A DNA stretch of 64,000 bases. Origin: Balanoglossus misakiensis (lineage: Eukaryota > Animalia > Hemichordata). The stretch spans positions 1,506,247 through 1,570,246 of the forward strand of contig CM082594.2 in NCBI GenBank assembly GCA_040954595.2, written 5' to 3'. A model generated the notes under the pieces. That model ran no database searches and was not told the DNA's origin. It was given only the letters and a program-made list of their open reading frames with translations. Below are positions 24,834 through 36,717 of the stretch, piece by piece (the stretch's first letter is position 1; each line of letters begins with the position of its first letter). The position numbers and the translations under genes were made by a program.

Positions 24834-27800
24834 TTCTATATGAGGTTTATGAATTACCTAGTTTGTATCCATAGTTACTGGCATTGCTGTACATGTAACA
24901 ACTTTAAAAAAATGTAGGTAGTATCCCAACATGTTCTTAACAGTCTCTGAAAATTACAAGCTTTAAATGACATGTTTTCTTACTTTCCTAATTTTTTACC
25001 TATGACACCCTGTTTTCTACAGTGTAAAGCCTATGAGGCACAAACATTTTGTTTCATAATTATATTTTTATAACTTCTTGTCTACATTTCTTAGATATTA
25101 AGGTACCCCAGAATTGAGAATTTAAATGTCTATCATTCCTGGAAAAATCAGCTCTTAAGCTCCTTTATTTTACATTTTAGGATAGGGTCTCTAATGTTAT
25201 CATTTTTTTCCTATTCTTTAACATGCAATTAAAACGAAATAATTTCTTTTACATCCCTTTATTGTGGCCCCACCTATAAATTTATTCTTAATGATTTTAC
25301 ATCCGGTCTTCAATATGTTTTAGAGCAGTTATTGGTGGTCTCAAAACTGGTTACAGTTTGAAGATCGGCCAACCCTAAGTGTGTTAAAAGTAATGCAAAC
25401 TTAACCTCAAAACTGAATATTTTCCCTATACTTGAACATGCATAATTACAATAGAATAAATTAAAATAAAAGACTAAATGAAATCAGATCTTTAAACCAA
25501 ATAGTGTTTTGAATAGAGCAATTACTACTCTATATCATATATAAAAGACAAAACAAATACATTAAAAAAAAATTTCCAAGTGTCCAAAAAAATTATTCTT
25601 TTGTTTTTATACATGTTACGTCTATGGGCATTATTTCAGTCTATTTTGCAACAACATTTGGAATACTTAATGGCGTCCAATCTCAAAAGTGTAAACTTTT
25701 TTATATTCTAGAACTTTTATATTCTAGAACATCTCATGATGGTTTCTGGAAAGTTTCATCTTTGAAATGCTTAAAATAAAAAAATAATCTTAAAAAAGCA
25801 AAGTGTATATTAAAAAAAAGCTAATTTACAGCTAATTTACAGAAGTGTGCTTTTTGGTCAAAAAAGTGCTTTTATGTTAAAATATTTAAATGTAACTTTT
25901 GTCAAGAGTTTATAGATAGACACTCTACTTGTGTACCAAATTTCGAGGTCAAAGGTCAAAGGATAATGAAATCCGACATAGGTAAACCAACAACTATAAG
26001 CAATGGCGAAGTTGACCTTGACCTTCGAATTTCAAAATTTTTTCACCACACCACATTAAAACAACTTATTATCAATCTATCCTGTAATTTTCAGTGGTTT
26101 CCAACTATATTAAGGGGGTGACACCGCGTACCCTAAAAAGTATGTTTTTTTCAATAGGTTTTTCCGCAATAACTTTTCAAGGTCAAGTTCAAAGTTGGTC
26201 AAATTTTAGTATGTTATAGAACTCGCCGAGACCTTTCTGAAAATATATAGTTTGTTATGGTTTATGTAAAATTTAAAAGTACCTACCAAGAAATCCGTCC
26301 ATGCACAATTTGGACTTGCCGTCTGGAGCAACTTGCATATACCCACCAAGGCATTTTTTTGGCCTTTCTAAAAATGTTTTTTTAAAGGCTGGGGTTAGAC
26401 AGGGGACCAAAATCAATAACAACAACCTAAAAGATAACAAAATAAATCCAAACAATTTTTTCTAACCCTCTTTTTTTGGCCAAACAAGACATAAGTTGGG
26501 CATTGGGGGACTCGACCTTAAAAAAACATGGAAGGGTTGACTTGTTTTTGTTGATATTTGTTGTTGTTGTTTACATGTTTACCTACATTGTATCAAAAGG
26601 AGGGGTAAAACAAACATTGGCAAGGAAGTAGGGTTAGAGCCCGAAATCTCAGGTCCCCTAATGCCCGTTGGACCCTAATTAGGGTTAGGGTTAGGGGGTT
26701 TAAGATCACATACTGGTACATGTGTATGTTTTGTGAGTTGTGTGATGTATTTTGTAGTACAAGGGATGTCAATACATCCATACAGGAGTGCCTATATGAG
26801 CGCAAGTCTCTTTTCAGGATTTCTCTGTAACACTTCAAATTTTTGACATTATCGGTGTCATCCTTGCACAAAAATTAATGACCCTCCCCTTGACAAGTGC
26901 CCAAAATGTAGCGGCCCTCCCCCAAACCGTTGCATGAGAAATGGTGACCCTCCCCCCAATCGCACCGGCCCTACCCCCCCTGTTAATTCTGACCAGGCCC
27001 TTACCGCGCGGCCGATGCCTCCCCTAAGTTGGCAGTAGTTTCGACTAGAATTTCCACTGCAAACCAAAACATGGTTCATGCACGCAAACTTATGTAAGAG
27101 TAAAAGCTCGGGTCATCAGTAACATGTGTCTGAAATATTGCATTTTCTTGTGTGAAAGTTTTGCCATCCAACGTGCATGTAAGGCTATGCATGAATGTAC
27201 ATTGTACTGCACTGTAAACTTGGACATTGCATTACCGCAAGGATTTAATTTCATTCCACCAACAAATCAGGGCCATGGGCAGATATTCACCCATTTAGGC
27301 CGAAACCATCACTTTTAGCTTTCAATAGTTAACATGACTTTAGTTGGGGTCTTAATCGGCAACGGGGCTGAAATCGGCAGCTTTACCTGCCGATCTTATC
27401 CCTTAGAAGCCATGGTTTGTTTGTCAAGGCATGCGCGGGGACGTATTCGGCCACGGGCGTCATGGAACAATAAAGTGTATGGATAACTTAGCATAGGTCT
27501 AAACGAATACACAATAAATTATTTCCTTTTTTTTATGTGAACGAGAACTACACTCACGAACGGCCTAGCTACAGCTGGACACGCAAAATATGCGAGCGAA
27601 CGCACTAGCGCCGCCCAACGCGCCGAACAGGGAAGTGATGGAGCAATCTACAACCGCACGCGCGCACGCGCCCGGCCCAGCGCGCGCGGCAGACGATCGT
27701 ACGACTCCGTTGCTAGCCAGGACAGACGCGTTCGTATACAGTGTATGTAACATGTGTAAGGAAGGGTATGCAATCGCTCACATGGAGTCTGGGGACGTGC

Positions 27801-28789
27801 GTTACCAAAAAGGGGGGACAGGGGGCACACTTTGTTCTACGGAGCAGAGAGTGCCATCGAAGTGTAGTCAATAGTTTTCATTTTTGCTTAGAATGTGTCT
27901 TGAAAAGTGTTGGATTAATCATGAATAAAAAACGGAAAACGTGAAAAATACAACAAATCCGTATACAAAACCATTGCGAATCTGGTGACCGGAAGTGCCG
28001 TGTTCGATCGCCGGGTTTTATATCATGTGTATGAAACTATGCGTGAGCTCAGCTCAGCTCCTCCCAGTCATGGTGGACGTTGTTCATGTGCATCACTGTT
28101 ATATTTGCTATGATTTTTTTTGGATGAAAACAGTTTGTCCTATGTATACCTTTCATGGCGAAATTTGCGACATCGCCCAAACGCCATTTTACGTCGGTAA
28201 CGCACGTCCCCAGGACGAGTGACACTTTTCGATCGATAATATCTCGAATGTTCGACCGACTTTTGAAAATTGAAAAGCCAGACATTAGGTTTCTCTGTCA
28301 TCTAAAACGCATACTCTGATTTGGTAGCGATTGTCTTCGTAATAGTTGCCAAATGGCGGTGGGCTGAAAATTCGTTTCATACCCTGTATATATGTGTACT
28401 CACGTACACAGATCAGTTGCGGGCGCGCACGCATGCGTAGACATCGCCTTTACTGCTCAAGACGAGATCGTATTCTTCCCTATCAAATGACGTCAGACGC
28501 GCTCAGGCGGCAGTTACGTGCGCATTCAAATTTCCAGATGACGGGCAACTTCAGCAACGTGGACTTACGTGGTGCAGACAAAGACTGTGCAGATGAAATG
28601 CAACGAGGCTGATGAGATACCATACCTGATACATGTTACGTGTTTGGCGGTTCTAAAGTAAAAACATACTCGGAAAAACTATTACTGGATGCCGAAATAT
28701 TGCTTGCCCGTCATCTGGAAATGACTGCGCCATGTAGTCCGGCCGCCAAATCCACTTTTTTTGCCGAACCTTGTTTTGGCGTCTAAAGT

Positions 28790-29485
28790 TTTTTTTAAAG
28801 TGGATTCTGCTTGCATAGATCACCAGAGTGAAAGAAATGGTTACTGGAGCTCCGTCAGTGTTGAGCAATTTGATATAATTAGCATAAAAAAATGGCCGCC
28901 AAATGATTTCAAATTATCAATATATATGCCGGCTGCCAAGTCCGCTGTTTGTGACGAACCTTGTATAAGTGTCATCAGAGTTTTTAAAGCGGATTCTGCT
29001 TGCATAGATCACCAGAGTGAAAGAAATGGTTACTGGAGCTCCGTCAGTGTTGAGCAATTTGATATAATTAGCATAAAAAAATGGCCGCCAAATGATTTCA
29101 AATTATCAATATATATGCCGGCTGCCCAGTCCGCTGTTTGTGACGAACCTTGTATAAGTGTCATCAGAGTTTTTAAAGCGGATTCTGCTTGCATAGATCA
29201 CCAGAGTGAAAGAAATGGTTACTGGAGCTCCGTCAGTGTTGAGCAATTTGATATAATTAGCATAAAAAAATGGCCGCCAAATGATTTCAAATTATCAATA
29301 TATATGCCGGCTGCCAAGTCCGCTTTTTGTGACGAACCTTGTATTAGTGTCATCAGAGTTTTTAAAGCGGGTTCTGCTTGCATAGATCACAAGAGTGAAA
29401 GAAATGGTTACAGGAGCTCCGTCAGTGTTGAGCAATTTGAGATAATTAGCATAAAAAATGGCCGCCAAATGATTTCAATTATCAA
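28790..29485. repeat. 189-bp tandem repeat (about 3.7 units) in the Academ-like left arm
   Basis: The motif GG(A/G)TTCTGCTTGCATAGATC recurs at 28802, 28991, 29180 and 29369. Confidence 0.92.
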
Positions 29486-30784
29486 TGTAAGAGATATAGA
29501 AATCACCTTTATAGTGCGAAAACAGGTTAGTTGTCATAATTGAGTATATTTAAATACTAATTTGCATAAGTTAACGCTCCATGACGTATATACAAGTATT
29601 GTAAACCCTAAACATGAGTTACATACACGTTTTAACCAGATGAATGTTAATCTTTGCCGCAAAGGAATATGGCCGTCACTGTAGTAAAATGCAAAATACA
29701 ATGACTACATTGCATTTCTCACTTTAGAACTTCATAAACAAAGCATGATCTCATCCAGTAGAACACATGGAAGTAAATGTACTCCACTGAGACATTAGAT
29801 TTTTTATTTTTCATGGCACAAAACTTGCGGAAATGTTTCACTATACTGATATTCCTTTCATTTTTGGCCATTTTATCATAAATTCATAAATAAGTGTTTT
29901 CTTGATATACTATCAGGCAATATCATTTATTACACCTAATTAGAAGTACAGTGTAGATCAGAGATTATTTAAAGCTTAACTGTTTTTTATAAAGTTGAAC
30001 TGTATAAACGCAGATTATAACGTATTCTCTAAACTACAATAAACTACATTGAAATGTACATTAAAATGTACTAGACATTGTTCTGATCATATTTGTGTGT
30101 TTCCAAATGAGTGTATGCAATCCTGAAACACCCGTATACATATCCTTTATCTGTATCTCGGATAAAGATACACCTATTAAAAATGTTCGAGCAGAATGTC
30201 TCATTAGTCAACATGAGTTTTTTTCCGGGATTTTACGATTTGTTTACAAGGGATGGACAAAATAAACATTGGCCAAAGTTTAGACAAGGATATAATGAAT
30301 AAAGTTAGCAACATTCTTATGATTCAGGACACACCTACAGCCTCCTATTCCTATATAAACACCATGGGAAGGAAACTGTCCCATTACAACAGAGACTAAC
30401 ATTACTGATGAAACAGGCTTTCTTTGGTGGCAGTCGTAGGCATGAGCATATTGTCATTAAACACAACTCAGGCTATATTTTTCAACAATGATGCCAAATG
30501 TAAATACACCGATGTTAAAATAATAAGAATGCTGAACTTCCTGTTACCTTTCTATACATCCATATGGAGCCAAGTTTATGTAATCTCTACGAAATATGAT
30601 GTAAAACTATTGCTTGTAAATGTTCCAGTAACACCTTAGATAAGTCGTCGATTTCATAATTGTGAACTATCCTACTATATGTGACCTACGGGTAGTCATA
30701 ACCAGCTATAACCCTATAACCACTGAAATTAAATACAAACACTGGTCCCCAGATCGCATTTGTGATTCGCCTCGAAATAATGTA

Positions 30785-31430
30785 CTGATCAGCTGAACGA
30801 GATCTTTCAACCTTCAAATCTCTGTTCACACTTTTATCCTGAAAACACTAGATAAAACTGTAAAGTCTTCCGATCTATCCCTTTGATGTGCGTTTTCGAA
30901 AAGAACTGGTGTGGAAGATGTTAAGCTTCTTATTTTAAATTCATTTATAGAAACATCTTGAGAAACCTGAAGGAATGCGCGCAAGAAGACCTTTATAAAA
31001 ATCAAGTAGAAATTGTCCCGACTCACACATACCTTGGCTCCATTTTTGATAATACATTAAAATGGGATGCCAACACGTATTTTGTAGTGAGAAAGAGCAG
31101 TGTTTGTATTTTTAAAGGAAATTGGCATCGTTTAGATAAGAAAGGGAAATTCATTCATTTAAAGCGTTCTAACATTTTCCTTCAGTTGACTGCTGCCTAT
31201 CTGTCCTTAAAAGTAAAAAAATGCTGGAAAAGACAAGGCAGTTCCAAAATAATCTGCACTCCTGTTAGAAATTAGCAATGTTTTTTTTATAATCAACAGG
31301 TATTTCGCAAAGCTTGCACAATCAATCCTTCAACATCCATGATTTATCACCATAGTTTAACTTCCTCCTCGTTCATTTTTAAAGGTTTCAGCTTGCAGGT
31401 TGAACAGGCACAAACATTCAGCTTTTAAAC
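30785..31430 (+). pseudogene. Degenerate non-LTR retrotransposon (L2/Rex-like) RT remnant with internal deletion
   Basis: Fragments AFRKRTGVED and VEIVPTHTYLGSIFDNTLKWDANT resemble RT domain-2 and thumb motifs of CR1-group LINEs. Confidence 0.6.
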
Positions 31431-33130
31431 GATATGAGTTGATTGATGTTCCATGTGTATCCTTGCCCTTTTTAAATGTTCGAAATGTTTTCACAATGTG
31501 TATGTATGTTTTTCAAGAGTCATTGTTTGCCAAGTTTTATGATGAATAAACAAAACTCCCAAGATGCGGTAAAGTTTGCAACTAATATGAGGACTTTAAA
31601 ATTAGACACAGCTTATTACCTTTAAAACGAAATTGAGGCAGACATTCTCTGACTTTCGCAGAATAATTTACGAAATTCAGTGGTATCTAAAGAGACTTTG
31701 TAATTCCAAATATGACTCATCAGTCACTCAAATGGCAAGTGACAGTATTTCTGGATTTGACTCACAATAATAGTTTGGCATTTTGGTAAATTACACTTTA
31801 GTTTGTTCCTTTTGGTCAATCTTGACTGGGGTAACATTCTCGCATGATACGTTGTCCAATTCGGGACACCTGGTACGGCCACTTCAAGTAGTTCAAGGCG
31901 ATAAAATATAGCAACTGCCATTATCAATTATTTCTTGGAGCTAGTAATTTTACCTCGTATGATAATGATTATTGGACTGGATATGACGGCATTATGTTGC
32001 CTTTGAGAAATGGCGAAGGATTACCTGGCTGCTCATGATAAATGTGTGATAATCAACATTAATTTTGCGAAAGAAGATTTATGTACTTGCAATTCTCCCG
32101 ACTTTAAATAGATTTTTGCTACCCAGGTGAGTAATAAAAGTCTCATCTGGTCGACACAATTCCAAGATGGCCGAGTTTTTGCCATGTTTAAGAAATGGGA
32201 GTTCATAAGCTAAAATGATATTCGGTCATTCCGATACTTTGTAACTAAAAAAATTTTTAAATGTAAAAAAAGTTGATTGACTTTAATATGTCAACTTCAA
32301 AGCAGAAATGTTTGACCAAAGGAAGTCATGAAATACATTAAACATATAATTTCTTCTATCTATTACTCTAGTGAATTGTCTACTTTTTACCCATAATGCA
32401 ATTATTATGGGATTTTACCCTCTAGCACAAAGTGAAAAACTATTTAAGGTGGCCAGAATTATAAAACAGTGATAAGAAATGTTTTAAAATGACTGCACGT
32501 TGCAAAATACATATGTAAAAGTTATTCAACAAAAACAGAGGTTCACAGATGGCCACCATCTTGAAATTATGCAAATTAGCTCATTATAAATGGCAACATT
32601 TATTTTCTAGTTTGTCTTAAGCAACAACTTGGTGAAATAAATGATAAAAACAAAGCTACAGGGTGTATAACGTTCGTTTGACTCTTCTTTCTCAGCCAAA
32701 ATGCAATACGTTGGCGGCCATTTTGATTATGCTAATTTATTCAAATTGCTCAATGCTGACAGAGCTCCAGTAACAATTTTTTTCGCTTTGGTGATCTATA
32801 CAAGCAGAATCCGCTTTAAAAAAAACTTTAGACGCCAAAACAAGGTTTACCCCTCTGGCGGCCGGACTAATGGGGAACATTGCCAGATCACGTGATTGAT
32901 AGTAAAGAATACATGTACACACGGTGCCTATCCCCTATTAGATACGCGTACGGTGTGGTTTTGCACATAAAGTTAACACTGACCTAGCTTTAGTGCATTT
33001 CTCGTCCACACCAAACAAACCCATGAAATATTTTATTCTTTGTTCATTGAGGAAGTCGCGTTTATCTATACACTTTATTGTTCCATGACGCCCGTGATTC
33101 GGCATGGTACCGAATTCGGCACAACACCGG

Positions 33131-33542
33131 TGTTGTGCCGAATTCGGCCCCATGCCGAATACGTCCCGCGCATGCTCGGGTCATCAGTAACATGTGTCTG
33201 AAATATTGCATTTTCTTGTGTGAAAGTTTTGCCATCCAACGTGCATGTAAGGCTGTGCATGAATGTACATTGTACTGCACTGTAAACTTGGACATTGCAT
33301 TACCGCAAGGATTTAATTTCATTCCACCAACAAATCAGGGCCATGGGCAGATATTCACCCATTTAGGCCGAAACCATCACTTTTAGCTTTCAATAGTTAA
33401 CATGACTTTAGTTGGGGTCTTAATCGGCAACGGGGCTGAAATCAGCAGCTTTACCTGCCGATCTTATCCCTTAGAAGCCATGGTTTGTTTGTCAAGGCAT
33501 GCGCGGGGACGTATTCGGCATGGGGCCGAATTCGGCACAACA
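33131..33542. mobile_element. Ginger1-like non-autonomous element (copy 2, internally deleted), tandem to copy 1
   Basis: Same TIRs; CCGG at 33127-30 and 33543-46; interior matches 27107-27451. Confidence 0.78.
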
Positions 33543-33818
33543 CCGGCATGCATTGAACACATGGCGGCGCAGACGCGCTGATTATCACACGCGTAGACGC
33601 GCACAAGCGCGCCGTTGATATCAACGTGGTTTTGGCATCCGCGTTTGTGAATGGTGACCAGTTTTCGTTAGGTTACAAGAGACAATACATTTTTCTCTTC
33701 AAATTATCAGCGTTTTCATATCCTAGCAATATTCATGCCGACAGAAAGAAAGTACGGCAAACGAGAAACTTTTGTCAATGACCAGATCGGTGATCGTAAA
33801 TGTTTTAGTACGTTGTGA

Positions 33819-35000
33819 CACGGTTACTAGAAGAAGACGGTTAGGAAACTCTATTGTTCGGAAGGTGTGAACGAGGTGTTAGCTAGGAGAGTACCTGTCC
33901 AAACCGCTACGCGCGTTGATGACGTCACAGCTTGGGTTTGTGGCGTGGGTACGCTCTGGTGTGTTCCTGCACATTCCAGAAATTGCAGCCAAGAGAAGTG
34001 GATTTTATCGCTTGAACAGATCGTACTGTTGGGTGAACGTCTTTTCTATTCTACGATGGGTATTTCATACAGATTCTTCCAGTTCTGAGGTCAAATTCTT
34101 GATTGTGTTTTATGATGTCTAAATCATAAGAGCCTGATGGCGACTTTGGATGACCTAGCTAATTTTTGAACCCTTTCAACTGCCCTTTTTCGTCAAGAGT
34201 ACATAGTCATTTTTTTTTTACGAGTTCCATATATGCTTACGGAGTGCACGGTCATAGTCTGTTCGGGTTCGGGCACTCTGTAACCGCGATATCACTGCCC
34301 GTTCCGAGTGTTCCAATATTTCATTTTCTATCAACGTTTCTTGGGCTGGTTAACTATAAGTCCGTCACCGAAACAAAATTTCGTCTGATTACTACTCTAT
34401 CAGTTACCATATGGTAGACTGTTATCTTTCGGCTTGGAAATTTACATTTTATATGGTTTAGTGGAAGCAAACGCACCAAACGCTGTGAATTAAAATAGTG
34501 GTCGTGAAAAGGACATTATTCCAAGATTCAAAATGGCGTCGAATTTTGAACCCCTAGAATTCAACTCTGATGGTCGCATTTCTGTTATTTTTTAATATAT
34601 TTATATATTTTACTCCTTTTTGTAGCGCATGGGCTATTTCGTTAATTCCATGTGGCATATTTCGTCGAGATTTCATACGCATTTCGATAACCGTAGTAAC
34701 ATTGATGTATGGCGGCCATCTTGTTTGTTTTGGTTCGCATCGAATCTCTAGGGCTTGATTCAAGACAAATATTGTATGGCTTCACCACGTCCTTGAAAGT
34801 TCAAAATTGAGTATGGTTTGCATTGGATTGTGGGGGGAATGACGTCATTTTTACCGAGCGGTCAGTTATTATGTCTGTTTATTCGTACGGCCAGGCTCGT
34901 TAGCACCTGATATCTTTCGTTTACACTAAGTGTTTACCGAGGCGAGCATCTAACAATGGAGAAAAAATAGTTTCCTAACCGTCTTCTTCTAGTAACCGTG
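33819..35000. mobile_element. Second P-element-like non-autonomous family
   Basis: 32-bp perfect TIR CACGGTTACTAGAAGAAGACGGTTAGGAAACT; 7-bp TSD GTTGTGA (33812-18, 35001-07). Confidence 0.85.
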
Positions 35001-36717
35001 GTTGTGATAACGAAAAGTACATGAGACAACCACTTGTATTTTCACACGTCATTTGACGGGTGCACATGGACGTTCAAAGCGGTATACATGTAGTACTTAC
35101 ATTTGGTGGACACAGACGGGTGACACGTTTGGCTTCCGAGGCAGCAGTCAGCAGAAACTCCAGACGTGGGTCGGCAACTGGTCGCAAAATCTACCGTCTG
35201 CTCAGCGGCGGCCTGTACCGTGTGTACCGGTACATCGTAAATCCGTTGGCGTTGCTGCCACAGGTTTCGTGGACGTAATGATTCTGATGAATTCCGTTGC
35301 CCCCAGTCATTATATGCAAATTTATGTGGGACGATGTTGTGCTTCCAGTCACCCGTTGACGGAACATTATGTTCATCGAAATGGCGTGAACATAACCTTG
35401 AAAACTTGTTGGGAATCCAAGATGGTTCCCGGTGGCACGCTGATATCCACTTTCGGCGAATATTTTTCTGGTAAATTCGATGCGGAAATGCGTGGAAAGT
35501 CACTCCTGACATCAACGGGTACTTATCTAAATTACGCAACTTCCGTGTATGGGATTTGCAACCCGTAACTGCGCATTGAAACTCGGGCATTATCCTAGCA
35601 ACCGCAGGTCACTTTGTAAACAATACAGTCGGAAAGTGCCCTACCCTCCAAGCGGTAGGACAAACATTTCGCACACTGCGCAAGCGCACTAGATCAACTC
35701 TCGCGAGAGTTAGTTATTCGGGAATCAGGAATTCTACCGCTGGCTGCGCTGTCGCAGTGACCTTAAGCCAGGTCAAATTTGAGCTAAAAGACAAGTTCTG
35801 TCGACATACTCATGAATATTTCTTGGTTTCTTCGCGTATAAACTCGGGAATATTATGCCCCTGAAGCCTGGGCTGGCTTTGATGCACGTTATCGAGTATT
35901 AATCAGTCAAAGACCCACGGTAGCAAAGTAGGTAATTGTCTTTTTTTCACGCGGATCCTTTGGTCATATATTCTGCATGCCTGCAGCCCCACATTCGCTG
36001 ATATTGCCATCTTTCTCGATAGTTATTATAATATTTAGCTAGAGACGGCCTTGTATACTCTGAATTTTAGACTAGGAATGACTCAGCTGGCATATCGTAC
36101 CACTTTTTCTGTGACATTGCCGACCGGCCCGGCGCAACTACCGAGAAAGGGTACGGGGTGTGCTCGTGGGAATTGTCAACTACCCGTTCATCGTTCGACT
36201 GCTCAACACAGATCATTGATAACACAATGTCACATTTCGAACTAATTTTGGAATTCTGGATAAATTTTCCAAATATCCTGTTAATCTGGGATTTTCTTCC
36301 ATCACCTTGATGCAACTGTATCAGAATTTGTCTTTTAAGTTTATTCACACCAAAAACAAAACAAAACAACAACAGCCATTTCCTGGAAATTGTCATGTTT
36401 TCTCTAAAAAAATTAAGCTGAACTTTTTTATTGAAAGGAAACGTTCAGCAGATTTTTTTCTCCCCAAAATTCAGGTGAATTTTTCACAGATTCTTTTTTC
36501 CCAGAAATTCTGCCGAAATCTACACTAATTACACACTTATTGGAAAGGTGTAACACAAATTATAGACTTTACAAACAAAAATCTAATGTTATACATTTAT
36601 GAACCTCTTATTCACCAATATTAAATGTTTTCAAAGAGGAAAGGTATTATTCTCGGACTGGAATTTCGAAATTAGTTTGGAACATGTTTGATGTGTTATA
36701 AATTGGTTTATTTTCAG

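Larger units (their letters stand above)
22590..27000. mobile_element. PIF/Harbinger-type non-autonomous element
   Basis: TIR GGGCCTGGTCAGAATTAACAGGGGGG; TTA TSD at 22587-89 and 27001-03; subterminal TGACCCTCC repeats. Confidence 0.85.
28735..32869. mobile_element. Academ-like non-autonomous element
   Basis: TIR TAGTCCGGCCGCCA extending imperfectly for about 160 bp; 3-bp TSD ATG (28732-34, 32870-72). Confidence 0.8.
28474..32908. mobile_element. AT-TSD MITE (possibly ISL2EU-type), interrupted by an Academ-like element
   Basis: Ends TCTTCCCTATCAA...TTGATAGTAAAGA with AT on each side. The empty site GAGATCGTATACATG is visible (reverse strand) at about 12978-12993. Uninterrupted copy at 47736-48011. 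Confidence 0.75.
27452..33096. mobile_element. P-element-like non-autonomous element (complete copy, with nested insertions)
   Basis: 29-bp TIR CACGGGCGTCATGGAACAATAAAGTGTAT; 7-bp TSD ATTCGGC (27445-51, 33097-103); inserted in the right TIR of the Ginger1-like copy. Confidence 0.8.
22368..33126. mobile_element. Ginger1-like non-autonomous element (copy 1), interrupted by nested insertions
   Basis: TGTTGTGCCGAATTCGGC...GCCGAATTCGGCACAACA termini (TIR about 60 bp); CCGG at 22364-67 and 33127-30. TGT ends with a CCGG 4-bp TSD are characteristic of Ginger1. Confidence 0.75.
20085..35590 (-). pseudogene. ISL2EU transposase: THAP + HTH + DDE_Tnp_4, five exons (35590-35101, 22188-22078, 21801-21649, 21353-21263, 20896-20085)
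   Basis: THAP CAVTGC...FHAFP...W...C...LCSRHF...VP; KYTG motif; RKLSPFQEFMLTLMRLRVGL; triad IIDCTE / MADRGF / IHVERAI. All splice phases compatible. One extra A at 20157-20160 shifts off the expected C-terminus QMLIVAAALCNLYEPLV. Confidence 0.9.
10605..35730. mobile_element. ISL2EU-type (PIF/Harbinger-related) DNA transposon, inflated to 25 kb by nested insertions
   Basis: TIR TCCTGATTCCCGAATA(n4-5)AACTCTCGCGAGAGTT at 10605-10640 and inverted at 35696-35730; AT dinucleotide on both sides (10603-04, 35731-32). Encloses convergent THAP-DDE and YqaJ genes, the known ISL2EU gene pair. Confidence 0.85.

Noticed and set aside
28761-29543. 260-aa repeat protein ORF
   Set aside because: By-product of a 189-bp (multiple of 3) tandem repeat in a TE arm; no recognisable domain.
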